Assembly: GCF_963921235.1 (NCBI RefSeq)
Contig: NC_086097.1
Coordinates: 207,826,001-207,890,000, forward strand
Direction: 5' to 3'
Source of the DNA: Mobula hypostoma
Taxonomy: Eukaryota
Length of the DNA stretch: 64,000 nt
Position 1 is the first letter of the stretch. Every line of letters starts with the position of its first letter. This document shows, piece by piece, positions 22,639-33,620 of this stretch. The notes below the pieces were generated by a model that did no database searches, had not been told where the DNA came from, and saw only the letters and a list, made by a program, of their open reading frames with translations. Made by a program: the position numbers and the translations under genes.

Positions 22639-24965
22639 GATTTGATCAGGAACCTTGAGGTAAATGACCCGTTAGGAGGTAGTGACTATAATATGATAAA
22701 TTTTAATCTACAATTTGAGAGGGTGAAGGGAAGCTCGGAAGTGTCAGTATTACAGTTGAACAAAGGGAACTATGGTGCTATGAGGGAGGAGCTGGCCAAA
22801 GTTCAATGGAACAATACCCTAGCAGGGATGACAGTGGAACAGCAATGGCAAGTGTTTCTGGGAATAATGCGGAAGGTGCAGAATCAGTTCATTCCAAAGA
22901 GGAAGAAAGATCCTAAGGGGAGTAAGGGGACGCCGTGGTTGACAAGGGAAGTAATGGACAGTATAAAAATAAAAGAGAAGAAGTATGACATAGCAAAGAC
23001 GAGTGGGAAGCCGGAGGACTGGGAAACTTTTAAAGAGCAACAGAAGGTAACTAAAAAGGCAATACGTGGAGAAAAAATGAAGTACGAAGGTAAACTAGCC
23101 AAGAATATAAAGGAGGATAGTAAAAGCTTCTTTAGGTATGTGAAAAGGAAAAAAATAGTTAAGACCAAAATTAGGCCCTTGAAGACAGAAGCGGGTGAAT
23201 TTATTATGGGGAACAAGGAAATGGCAGACAAGTTGAACAGGTACTTTGGATCTGTCTTCACTAGGGAAGACACAAACAATCTCCCAGATGTAATAGTGGC
23301 CAAAAGACCTAGAGTAATGGATGAATTGAAAGAAATTTATATTAGGCAGGAAATGGTGTTGGATAGGCTGTTGGGTCTGAAGGCTGATAAGTCCCTGGGA
23401 CCAGATGGTCTGCATCCCAGGGTACTTAAGGAGGTGGCTTTAGAAATCGTGGACGCATTGGCATTTATTTTCCAATGTTCTATAGATTCAGGATCAGTTC
23501 CTGTGGATTGGAGGGTGGCTAATGTTGTCCCTCTCTTCAAGAAGGGAGGAAGAGAGAAAACAGGGAATTATAGACCGGTTAGCCTGACGTCAGTGGTGGG
23601 AAAGATGCTGGAGTCAATTATAAAAGATGAAATTACGACACATCTGGATAGCAGTAACAAGATCGGTCCGAGTCAGCATGGATTTACGAAGCGGAAATCA
23701 TGCTTGACTAATCTTCTGGAATTTTTTGAGGATGTAATGATGAAAATGGACAAGGGAGATCCAGTGGATGTAGTGTACCTGGACTTTCAGAAAGCCTTTG
23801 ATAAAGTCCCACATAGGAGATTAGTGGGTAAAATTAGGGCACATGGTATTGGGGGCAGAGTACTGACATGGATTGAAAATTGGCTGGCTGACAGAAAACA
23901 AAGAGTAGCGATTAACGGGTCCCTTTCGGAATGGCAGGCAGTGACCAGTGGGGTACCGCAGGGTTCAGTGCTGGGACCGCAGCTGTTTACAATATATATT
24001 AATGATTTAGATGAGGGAATTAAAAGTAACATTAGCAAATTTGCTGATGATACAAAGCTGGGAGGCAGTGTGAAATGTGAGGAGGATGTTATGAGAATGC
24101 AGGGTGACTTGGACAGGCTGGGTGAGTGGGCAGATGCATGGCAGATGCAGTTTAATGTGGATAAATGTGAGGTTATCCACTTTGGTGGTAAGAACGGGAA
24201 GGCAGATTATTATCTAAATGGAGTCAAGTTAGGAAAAAGGGAAGCACAACGAGATCTAGGTGTTCTTGTACATCAGTCACTGAAAGCAAGCATACAAGTA
24301 CAGCAGGCTGTGAAGAAAGCTAATGGCATGCTGGCCTTCAGAACAAGCAGAATTGGGTATAAGAGCAAAGAGGTCCTTCTGCAGCTGTACAGGGCCCGGA
24401 TGAGACCACACCTGGAGTACTGTGTGCAGTTTTGGTCTCCAAATTTGAGGAAGGACATTCTTGCTATTGAGGGAGTGTAGCGTAGGTTCGCAAGGTTAAT
24501 TCCTGGGATGGCGGGACTGTCATATGTCGAAAGATTGGAGCGACTGGGCTTGTATACTCTGGAATTTAGAAGGCTGAGAGGGGATCTTATTGAAACATAT
24601 AAGATTATTAAGGGATTGGACACGCTGCAGGCAGGAAGCATGTTCCTGCTGATGGGTGAGTCCAGAACCAGAGGCCACAGTTTAAGAATTAGGGGCAGGC
24701 CATTTAGAACGGAGTTGAGGAAAAACTTTTTCACCCAGAGAGTGGGGGATACATGGAATGCTCTGCCCCAGAAGGCTGTGGAGGCCGTCTCTGGATGCTT
24801 TCAAAAAAGAGATGGATAGAGCTCTTAAAGATAGTGGAATCAAAGGTTATGGGGATAAGGCAGGAACTGGATACTGATTGTGGTTGATCAGCCATGATCA
24901 CAGTGAATGGCGGTGCTGGCTCGAAGGGCCAAATGGCCTACTCCTGCACCTATTGTCTATTGTCT
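22639..24965 (+). mobile_element. CR1 LINE, 5'-truncated, young (624-aa open frame)
   Basis: ORF 22606-24480 contains all RT motifs. (TATTGTC)n tail. AATCCA TSD at 22633-22638 / 24966-24971. Confidence 0.95.
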
Positions 24966-25049
24966 AATCCACAGCAGTTCCACTCTTTCCGATTTGACTG
25001 CTGACCAGATTATAGAGCTGGTGAGGTCCGACAAACAGCTGGTGGCAGC

Positions 25050-25335
25050 CTCTATTGCCAGTAGTGGTCATCCACAGATGTACGTACGCAAGAGGTTTAT
25101 TAGGGCACCAGCAATGTGAAATGTTATTGGACATGGGATCATCAGTATCGATGACTGATCTACCCTTGCTCATGACTGGCAAGGTGATTTACATTACCAG
25201 TGCAGGAGGTGAAACAATGAGGGTGGAGAGAAGTCAGACCAAGGTACTTGAGATTGAGGGAGTGCAGCTTTCTGTAGGTTTTTGAGTGTGCCCAGACAAT
25301 GAAGATACTATCCTAGGGACAGACACACTGAGTAA
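25050..25335 (+). pseudogene. pro: Retroviral aspartic protease remnant
   Basis: CEMLLDMGSSVS (DTG to DMG explicable by ACG>ATG CpG decay), flap-like ITSAGG, and C-terminal TILGTDTL. Confidence 0.75.
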
Positions 25336-25391
25336 GACAACATATTGTGGATCAGAGAGAGCCAGAGGGAAAGAAGATAGTCCTCCCACAA

Positions 25392-25558
25392 CCAGGTGAC
25401 CAGGTCATGAGGTGAGAGTGCTGCCTGAAAAGGCAGAGTTTGTTTCCAGATAGACAGGACCACAGATAGTACTTTTGACAAATGACACTTGTGTTTGTGT
25501 GCAGAATTGGCAAGGTAGACAATGGAAACATAGGGCTTAGTTTAAAGAGTACAACTGA
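25392..25558 (+). pseudogene. Integrase C-terminal (GPY/F-type) module remnant
   Basis: PGDQVM/VRVLPEKAEFVSR*TGPQIVLLTNDTCVCVQNWQGRQWKHRA*FK fits the class I ERV pattern PGDxVxV..PRWxGPxxVLLTTxTAVxV..WxHxSxxK. Confidence 0.75.
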
Positions 25559-25630
25559 CCTTCTTGTTATCCCCACAGACAGAACAAGAGATCAAATGTA
25601 CCTGGTAACAGTGTCATTGCGGAGAATCTA

Positions 25631-26667
25631 AGGCTACGTCCACACTACGCGGGATAATTTTGAAAATGAAGCCTTTTTCTCTTCGTTTTGACCCTCCGTC
25701 CACACTAAAACGGCGTTTTCATCCCCCGAAAACGGAGATTTTCAGAAACGGTCTCCAGAATGAATAAATCTGAAAACGCCTAATATCCGTTGTAGTGTGT
25801 ACAGGGTAAATGGAGAGATTTAAAAACGCTGTCATGACAACACCACAACAACAATGCTTTTTCTGCTTCTGCTTGGTACTGCGCAAGCACTGTCGTACGG
25901 CTGTTATAACGCGCAGTCGGTGTGAACGGCGTGAGAGTTAAATTTAAAGTCAGCTTTTTTGAGTATTTAAAAACGCTGTCATGATGTGCTGGAACAGATG
26001 GCAGCAGCGCGGCATTTCATTGTTTTCTTGAACGCAACCCCCCACACAACCTAACAATTTCAGAACAGACGGCAACGAGACTGAAGCCAGAAGAGTTAGA
26101 AATGTACTCACCAAATACTTTGACCCATAGCTTACTGAATAAATAAGTATACTCACTTTGCTGTTTTCTGTCCTTGCTTGTATGAAGGTGGTTTACCTAT
26201 TTATTCAAGTACTTCTCTGACAATAGATGTGTAACAGCCTAATGTAACATTGCATGGAAATACAAGATAACACTGATGCAGACATGTTTTATACATTTAA
26301 CAAGGTACTTTATTAATGCAACAGAGTTAGTCAGTTTTTCAATGTTTGTCATCAGCCGGGTCATACTGTCCGTGTACTCCCTGTCGGTTGCCTCCATATG
26401 CTCCAGTATAAGTCCTCCTGCACAAGGGCCAAGAGGAATTCCTCTAAAGTTTTTCTGCTCTGTAACTGGACAAACGAGCACCAAGTATACCGTTTCCTCT
26501 TCGCTAGTTTTCTGTGTGTCCTGCACATGCCCAGTAGGAGGAGATTCGCCCAAATATCCGTGTTAATGTGGACGGAGATATTTTGAAAAATGCTTAGTGT
26601 GTACACCTGTCGTTTTTACTTGAAACTGGCGTTTTCAAAATTATCCGGCGTAATGTGGACGTAGCCT
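25631..26667. mobile_element. Non-autonomous TIR DNA transposon, PIF/Harbinger-like
   Basis: ~36-bp TIRs aggctacgtccacactacgcgggataattttgaaaa / ttttcaaaattatccggcgtaatgtggacgtagcct, with TA on both sides. Subterminal copies of the TIR motif. Minus-strand coiled-coil remnant LEHMEATDREYTDSMTRLMTNIEKLTNSVA. Confidence 0.8.
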
Positions 26668-26782
26668 TAGTCTTGGTCTGTCCTGCGTTTCTGTGATAGC
26701 ATACTGGAGGAACATTGTATCATTTCTTAATGCATGCATTTCTAAATGACAATAAACGAGGACTGAGTGTCCTCATAATCTA

Positions 26783-27163
26783 AACAATGGTCTTCCTGGA
26801 ACTGTAGATTGGGGTTGTTTGCAAACCAGGAAACATCCATTCACTTGATGTCTGCATATGCATGAATGCAGCTAGAGGGAGACAATGCTGATTAACACTC
26901 ATTTTGGGTGTTGAATGTGGGTGTGAAGAAGGAGGTGTTTGAAAATTATATGTATTCAAAAGATAGCATTGTAGATACATTGTAACTATAGAATTGTTTT
27001 GCTGTTACCTTTTATCTTTAGCATATAATAGGTCATGTAATATTGGGTCAAACAGACCTCTTCCTCCAAGTTTGTCAAGAATAGTTGCTGATTTTGCTGA
27101 ATAAACACTTCCATATCCACTGGCTTCAGTGTCTCTTTGGTGACTTTGTTCACAGTCGCAACA
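26783..27163 (+). repeat. 3' LTR of the ERV, lacking the first ~113 bp
   Basis: About 90% identical by eye to 19102-19481. Ends CGCAACA followed by GTAG. Confidence 0.87.
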
Positions 27164-27275
27164 GTAGATTACAAATATTTGTATTTAAATGTACAGTACA
27201 TGTAAACTCACAACGAATTGCTGTCAATTCATACTTAAATAATTGTAACTGCATGAGCCTTAATGTTACTTCATA

Positions 27276-27690
27276 GTTTATGAGAATAAGTTGAGTGAAC
27301 TTGGCCTTTTCTCCCTGGAGCAACGGAGGATGAGAGGTGACCTGATAGATGATGAGAGGCAATGATCATGTGGATAGCCAGAGGCTTTTTCCCAGGGCTG
27401 AAGTGGCTAACATGAGGAGCCATAGTTTTAAGGTGCTTGGAAGTAGGTACAAGGGGGATGTCAGTGGTACATTTTTCACGCAAAGTGGTGGGAGCATGGA
27501 ATGCACTGCCGGTGCTGGAGATGAATGCAATAGGGTCTTTTAAGAGACTCTTAGATAGGTACATGGAGGGCTATCTAGAGGGCTATGTGGTAGGTAAATT
27601 CTAGGCAGCTTCTAGAGTACATGCTTAGCACAACATTGTGGGCTGAAGGGCCTGTAATGTGCTGTAAATGTTCTGTGATCTATATTCTAT
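27276..27690 (+). mobile_element. CR1 3' fragment
   Basis: MRGDL..VDSQRLFPRAE..HSFKVLG, then a CR1 tail ending ctatattctat. Confidence 0.85.
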
Positions 27691-28531
27691 AAGGGATGGA
27701 TCAACATATCATTGCAGTGCTCCCACATTTTAAGACCAAAAAATGTTGTGCCTTTTCTCTTTTTCTTTGAATCTTTGGCACCTGCAATTATGCACTCTTT
27801 CATACTCTTAACTAAAACCTGAAGGAATGAGAGGATGTACTGTAGAAGTCATTAGCAAACTAATAAAGTTGGTTTAAAGGCACTGGGGTGGCGTTTTACC
27901 AAAACGAAGAATAGACAAAGCAAAAAGAAACCCTGCCTAATTGCTCAATTGCATGATCATCCTATTCTGATAGATACTCCAGTATTCTAGCTTTTAACCA
28001 TAAATTACCTAATACCTATGGAAAAAGTAAGGCCTTGGGCAAAGATGAAATTGATTATTGGTTTAGCTGCATTTGAAGGTATGATCTTGGAATTCTCTCT
28101 CAAGATCTCTAAATCTTTTTTGTAACATCTCGTCTACTTGATTTTCCCTTCATGGCAAATAACGCATTAAAACAGTGTTGGTTGTTGCTCATTTTCATTC
28201 TCCACCATCAAGTGTTAAGGAAATAATATTTCAATGTATTTTACAGATTCACTTTTCAACTACTTTCTCTTTTAAAGGATAGTACCGTTTCAACAAAACT
28301 GTTGATACATTTGTAACAGCACCTTTTAATAAAGTGTAAAGTCAGCCAAAACTGTAAAAAAAAAGTTAGACATAGATATGGTGAAAGTCCTAGAGCAATT
28401 GAGTTGGCTCATGCGAAGTAACCATGAGAGAGAGAGCTGTGGGCTGCATCATGCACACTTTATATTTACATTAAACAAATGCAAAACAATTTACTCTCTC
28501 ATCTGTTGCCCAACGAGCAAAAAAATGAACT

Positions 28532-28587
28532 GATGTAGAGAATCCTTCACATTGACAACAGATGTAGAGAATCCTTCACATTGACAA
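28532..28587. repeat. Tandem duplication, 29-bp period, 2 copies
   Basis: gatgtagagaatccttcacattgacaa repeated exactly at 28532 and 28561. Confidence 0.9.
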
Positions 28588-29545
28588 GTCATCTGAAACT
28601 GCGTAACAATCCTGGCATTGTGTGCTTGAACTTAATTTCCATTCCAGATGACAGAGTCCAAGATAAATTCTCGATTTATTAAGTTAAGTCAAGATGACAT
28701 TTTTTCTCCCTAATTACTGCACTTGTCAATGGAAGAAATCCATATGGAATTCAGTCACCATGCTGAGTGTTTTTAGTTCATTAAGCCTCAGGCATTTTAA
28801 CAGGGAAATTGACAACAATATAGCGCAGGTGCATGGGGACATAGCTCAACACCAAAATGATATAATTTTATAGTATAAGAGTTGAGGTTGAAATTCCACT
28901 AAGACACTCAGAGTGAACTGAATTTATATGCACCAAAGCATTTTGGAGCTAATAGCTATTTAGACAATGACCTTCATGTAAAATAAACGTAAAAGTCAAA
29001 TGGCCACAGCCCTAAGAAAGTGTCAGCAAACAAATCTTTCATTTCATTATTGGCCTGAATGCTGGAAAGAAATGTGGATAAAAGATTTCAGAAAACTGAG
29101 AAAAATGTTTGAATGCCAACAGCCACTTGTGAAACAGATCCTTACTGTAAGCATATTGTGAATTATAAGCACATATTCATCTTTGAGCTCAACAGTAAGT
29201 CAGAACTGAAATTTACTCCCAGTTTAAACATACAAAATATGACATTGGTGACAAGGTCACAAAATATGAAATGTACAGTCGATAATCAGTAGTTCTTTGT
29301 ATTTTGCAAGCAATTTTTTTCCTGTTAAATAACTGGTTGTCAAATAGGCTGCCATTTGCCATTATCTGTTTTTAGAACTCTGTCTAGGCATTTCCTTAGA
29401 ACACACCTGACTTGTACCTTTCACCATTTCTGAACTAGACGGTGAGACCAATATGGGGCCCATAGGTGGATGAGATTAGGGTGGGTGAAAGGCTTCTTGG
29501 GAGGCGATGTATTCTTTTTGTCTGCTGCTGATGAATGCACTTGAG

Positions 29546-29880
29546 GTTTCGAAGGTTTCAAAGGTACATTTCATGTCAGAGAAATGAATACAATATGCAT
29601 CCTGAAATGCTTTTTCTTTGCAACCACAAAAACAGAGGAGTGCCCCAAAGAATGAATGACAGTTAAATGTTAGAAGCCCAAAGTACCCCCACAGCTCCTC
29701 TCCCTCCTGCAGCGAGGGACAATCCTCCCTCCCCCCCACCGGCAAAAAAAAGCATTGGCACCCACCACCAAGCACTCAAGCATGCAGCAAAAGCAACAGC
29801 AATGACAGACTTGCAGAACCAAAGACTACACATTCACCCAGTATTCGACATGCCACAGGTTCTCTCTCTCCCAAAATAAA
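29546..29880 (-). repeat. 3' end of a non-autonomous retroposon with (TTTGAA)-type tail
   Basis: tttcgaaggtttcaaaggtacatttcatgtcagagaaatg..caatatgcatcctgaaat is the reverse of a tail resembling that ending at 20469. Confidence 0.5.
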
Positions 29881-29904
29881 AGTCCAAATTCTCACGCCTC
29901 AGGA

Positions 29905-30476
29905 TCAAGGTTTTCCTAGAGCTAAAATACCTGATACCAGAGGGCATGCACTTAAGGTTAGAGGGAGTAAGTTCAATGTAAAGGGCAAGACATTTTTTTA
30001 AACACAAAGGGTGGTGAGTGCCTGGAATACACTTCCAGAGGTAGTAGTTGAAGTAAATATGATACCGGTGTTTAAGAGGCTCTTGGATGGGCACATGAGT
30101 TCCATTCTGGTGTCCTCTGTAAAGGGTTTGTAGGTCCACCCTGTTTTTGGTGTGGATTTCCTCTGGAGCTCCGGTTTCCACCCCCAGTCCAAAAACTGTA
30201 CCAGTTATTGGGTTAATTGGTCATTGAAACTGTCCAATGATTAGGCTAGGGTTTTAATTAGGGGTTGCCGGTGGCGCAGCTTGAAGGGCTGGAAGGGCCT
30301 ATTCTATGCTGTAAGTCTAAATTTAAGTTTAAAATAAATGCACAGAAAAATGGAGAAATACGGATGTTGTCTGAGCAAGAGAGATTAGCTTAGTTAGGCA
30401 TTTAATTACCAGTCTAATTGGTTTGACACAACATTGTGCCACAAAGCCTGTTCCTATGCTATGTTTTCTATGTTCT
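29905..30476 (+). mobile_element. CR1 3' fragment interrupted by a V-SINE/HE1-like SINE (~30100-30325)
   Basis: agagggcatgcacttaagg..gtggtgagtgcctggaat; SINE core gatttcctctggagctccggtttccaccccc; CR1 tail ttctatgttct at ~30470. Confidence 0.65.
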
Positions 30477-31963
30477 GCAGAGGGTAATCTACTGTTATTC
30501 TGAATTTAACCCCAAAGAGATTTCCATTCTATACCAACAAAGTGATATTCTCAAAAATCCTGAGAAGGCTCACTATATTAATTTTGCGTCGAATGTTCAA
30601 TATTAAAGTAATTACACTGTTATCTAAATAGAAATCCTTTGTTTGACCATTACAGTGTCCGCGTTCTTTTTGGCATGAATTATTAACACTTAGCTATTTA
30701 AATGTTAGAATATCCCTGCCAAATCAAATCTATTTACCCAAACAACTAGTTGGCTACAGTTAAACATCAGAAAGCAGGTCATACTCACACCTTTCTCCTT
30801 CCAAATTTGATTTCCCACTTTATTTTTAAAAATGTATTTTGCAGGTATTCAGTGTGTTTCACAACCTTTAAATGTCAATGTTCTGGGTACTTACATCTAT
30901 GAATCATAGATTGAGAACAAGTTGGATACATGCAGACGTTTATCACAAAATATTGTGTCTTTGTTTGCTATGCTCTCATACCTGGAATGCAGCTGCCCAG
31001 TCCTGTGCAGCCACTCACTCATACCTCCTCTCATTGTTCAGTCCAAGTACCCATCAGTAAGACAAACTTCACAGAAAACATCTTTCTAAGAGTCTGTCAA
31101 AGCCAGAATTCATGTCCTTCAATGATGATCCCAAAGTGCAATTGAGCACCAGCAGCCAAATAGCTAACTATTAACAACTTGAAATAAATTTCAGAAGAAG
31201 GCATAGTTAATGCACATAGAAAATTGGAAGACCGAAAAAGGGATGCAAGCAGCAATCCAGCTGTGTAAAGAATACATTTTATTTTGGAAATGAAAGCAAT
31301 TGTCTAAATTTCATGTGCACCTAACCTACATTAAAGCCTAAGCAGTTCCAAAGTTAAAGTTTTTATGAATTTGAAATTGCTAAATTTGTTTAGTGGATCT
31401 CCATAAATAGACGCAAAAATCAGCCTGGAAGATTACATTTACGAATACTGTTATCTTTGTTCAAAGTAAATTTATTATTAACATACATATATGTCACCAC
31501 ATACAACTCTGAGATTTGCTTTCCAACGGGCATACACAGTAAATCCAAGAAACACAATAGAATGAATGAACAACTCCAACCAATAGTATGGACAAACAAC
31601 TAATGGGTAAAGGATAATAAACTCTACAAATACAAAATAGAAAAAATGATTATAAATGAATAAGCAATCAATATTGAGAAAAAGAGATGAAAAGTCCTTA
31701 AAAATGATTCCATAGGTTGTGGGAACGATTCGTGAATGGAGTGCGTGAAGTTATACCCTCTGGTTAAAGAGTCTGAAGATTGAGGGGTAATAACTATTCC
31801 TGAACCTGGTGGCATGGGTCCAGAGGCTCCCGTATCTTCTTTCTGATGGCAGCAGCAAGAAAAGAGTATAACAAGGGTAGTGGCCTATTTCATGATGGGA
31901 GCTGTTTTCCTGCAACAACGCTCTGCGTAGATGTACTCAATGGGGAGGGGAGGGCTTTTCCCA

Positions 31964-32140
31964 TTAGACCATAAGATATAAGATCAGAATTAGACCATCT
32001 GGTCTGATGGCTGACCCATTTTCCCTCTCAGCCCCAATCTCCTGCCTTCTCCCCATATCCCTTCATGCCTTGACTAATCAAGAATGTCTCAACTGCTTAA
32101 ATAAATCCTATGATCTGGCCTTCAAACCCACCTGTGGCAA
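31964..32140 (-). mobile_element. CR1 3' tail fragment
   Basis: agaccataagatataagatcagaattagaccat..ctcagccccaatctcctgccttctcccc. Confidence 0.7.
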
Positions 32141-32183
32141 TGACGATGCACTGGCCCATATCCACTACTTTTTGAAGGATTTT

Positions 32184-33620
32184 CATAGAAACATAGAAAC
32201 ATAGAAAATAGGTGCAGGAGTAGGCCATTCGGCCCTTCGAGCCTGCACCGCCATTTATTATGATCATGGCTGATCATCCAACTCAGAACCCAGCCTTCCC
32301 TCCATACCCCCTGACCCCTGTAGCCACAAGGGCCATATCTAACTTCCTTTTAAACATAGCTAATGGACTGGCCTCAACAGTTTGCTGTGGCAGAGAATTC
32401 CACAGATTCACCACTCTCTGTGTGAAGAAGTTTTTCCTAACCTCGGTCCTAAAAGGCTTCCCCTCTATCCTCAAACTGTGACTCCTCGTTCTAGACCTCC
32501 CCAACATCGGGAACAATCTTCCCGCATCTAGCCTGTCCAATCCCTTTAGGATCTTATACGTTTCAATCAGATCCCCCCTCAATCTTCTAAATTCCAACGA
32601 GTACAAGCCCAGTTCATCCAGTCTTTCTTCATATGAAAGACCTGCCATCCCAGGAATCAATCTGGTGAACCTTCTTTGTACTCCCTCTATGGCAAAGATG
32701 TCTTTCCTCAGATTAGGGGACCAAAACTGCACACAATACTCCAGGTGTGGTCTCACCAAGGCCTTGTACAACTGCAGTAGTACCTCCCTGCTCCTGTACT
32801 CGAATCCTCTCGCTATAAATGCCAGCATACCGTTCGCCTTTTTCACCGCCTGCTGTACCTGCATGCCCACTTTCAATGACTGGTGTATAATGACACCCAG
32901 GTCTCGTTGCACCTCCCCTTTTCCTAATCGGCCACCATTCAGATAATAATCTGTTTTCCTATTTTTGCCACCAAAGTGGATAACTTCACATTTATCCACA
33001 TTAAATTGCATCTGCCATGAGTTTGCCCACTCACCCAACCTATCCAAGTCACCCTGCATCCTCTTAGCATCCTCCTCACTGCTAACACTGCCACCCGGCT
33101 TTGTGTCATCCGCAAACTTGGAGATGCTGCATTTAATTCCCTCATCCAAGTCATTAATATATATTGTAAACAACTGGGGTCCCAGCACTGAGCCTTGCGG
33201 TACCCCACTAGTCACCGCCTGCCATTCTGAAAAGGTCCCGTTTATTCCCACTCTTTGCTTCCTGTCTGCTAACCAATTCTCCACCCACACCAATACCTTA
33301 CCCCCAATACCGTGTGCTTTAAGTTTGCACACTAATCTCCTGTGTGGGACCTTGTCAAAAGCCTTTTGAAAATCCAAATATACCACATCCACTGGTTCTC
33401 CCCTATCCACTCTACTAGTTACATCCTCAAAAAATTCTATGAGATTCATCAGACATGATTTTCCTTTCACAAATCCATGCTGACTTTGTCCGATCATTTC
33501 ACCACTTTCCAAATGTGCTGTTATCACATCCTTGATAACTGACTCCAGCAGTTTCCCCACCACTGACGTTAGGCTAACCGGCCTATAATTCCCCGGTTTC
33601 TCTCTCCCTCCTTTTTTAAA
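32184..33620 (-). mobile_element. CR1 LINE, 5'-truncated, uninterrupted RT to natural stop
   Basis: ORF 32283-33650 has no internal stop and many CpGs are retained. (CATAGAAA)3 tail at 32184-32207. Confidence 0.95.

Larger units (their letters stand above)
18989..27163 (+). mobile_element. Degenerate, internally deleted class I-like endogenous retrovirus
   Basis: TGTT...AACA termini, GTAG TSD (18985-18988 / 27164-27167), paired LTRs, tRNA-Pro-like PBS, and gag, protease and integrase-CTD remnants. Confidence 0.85.
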
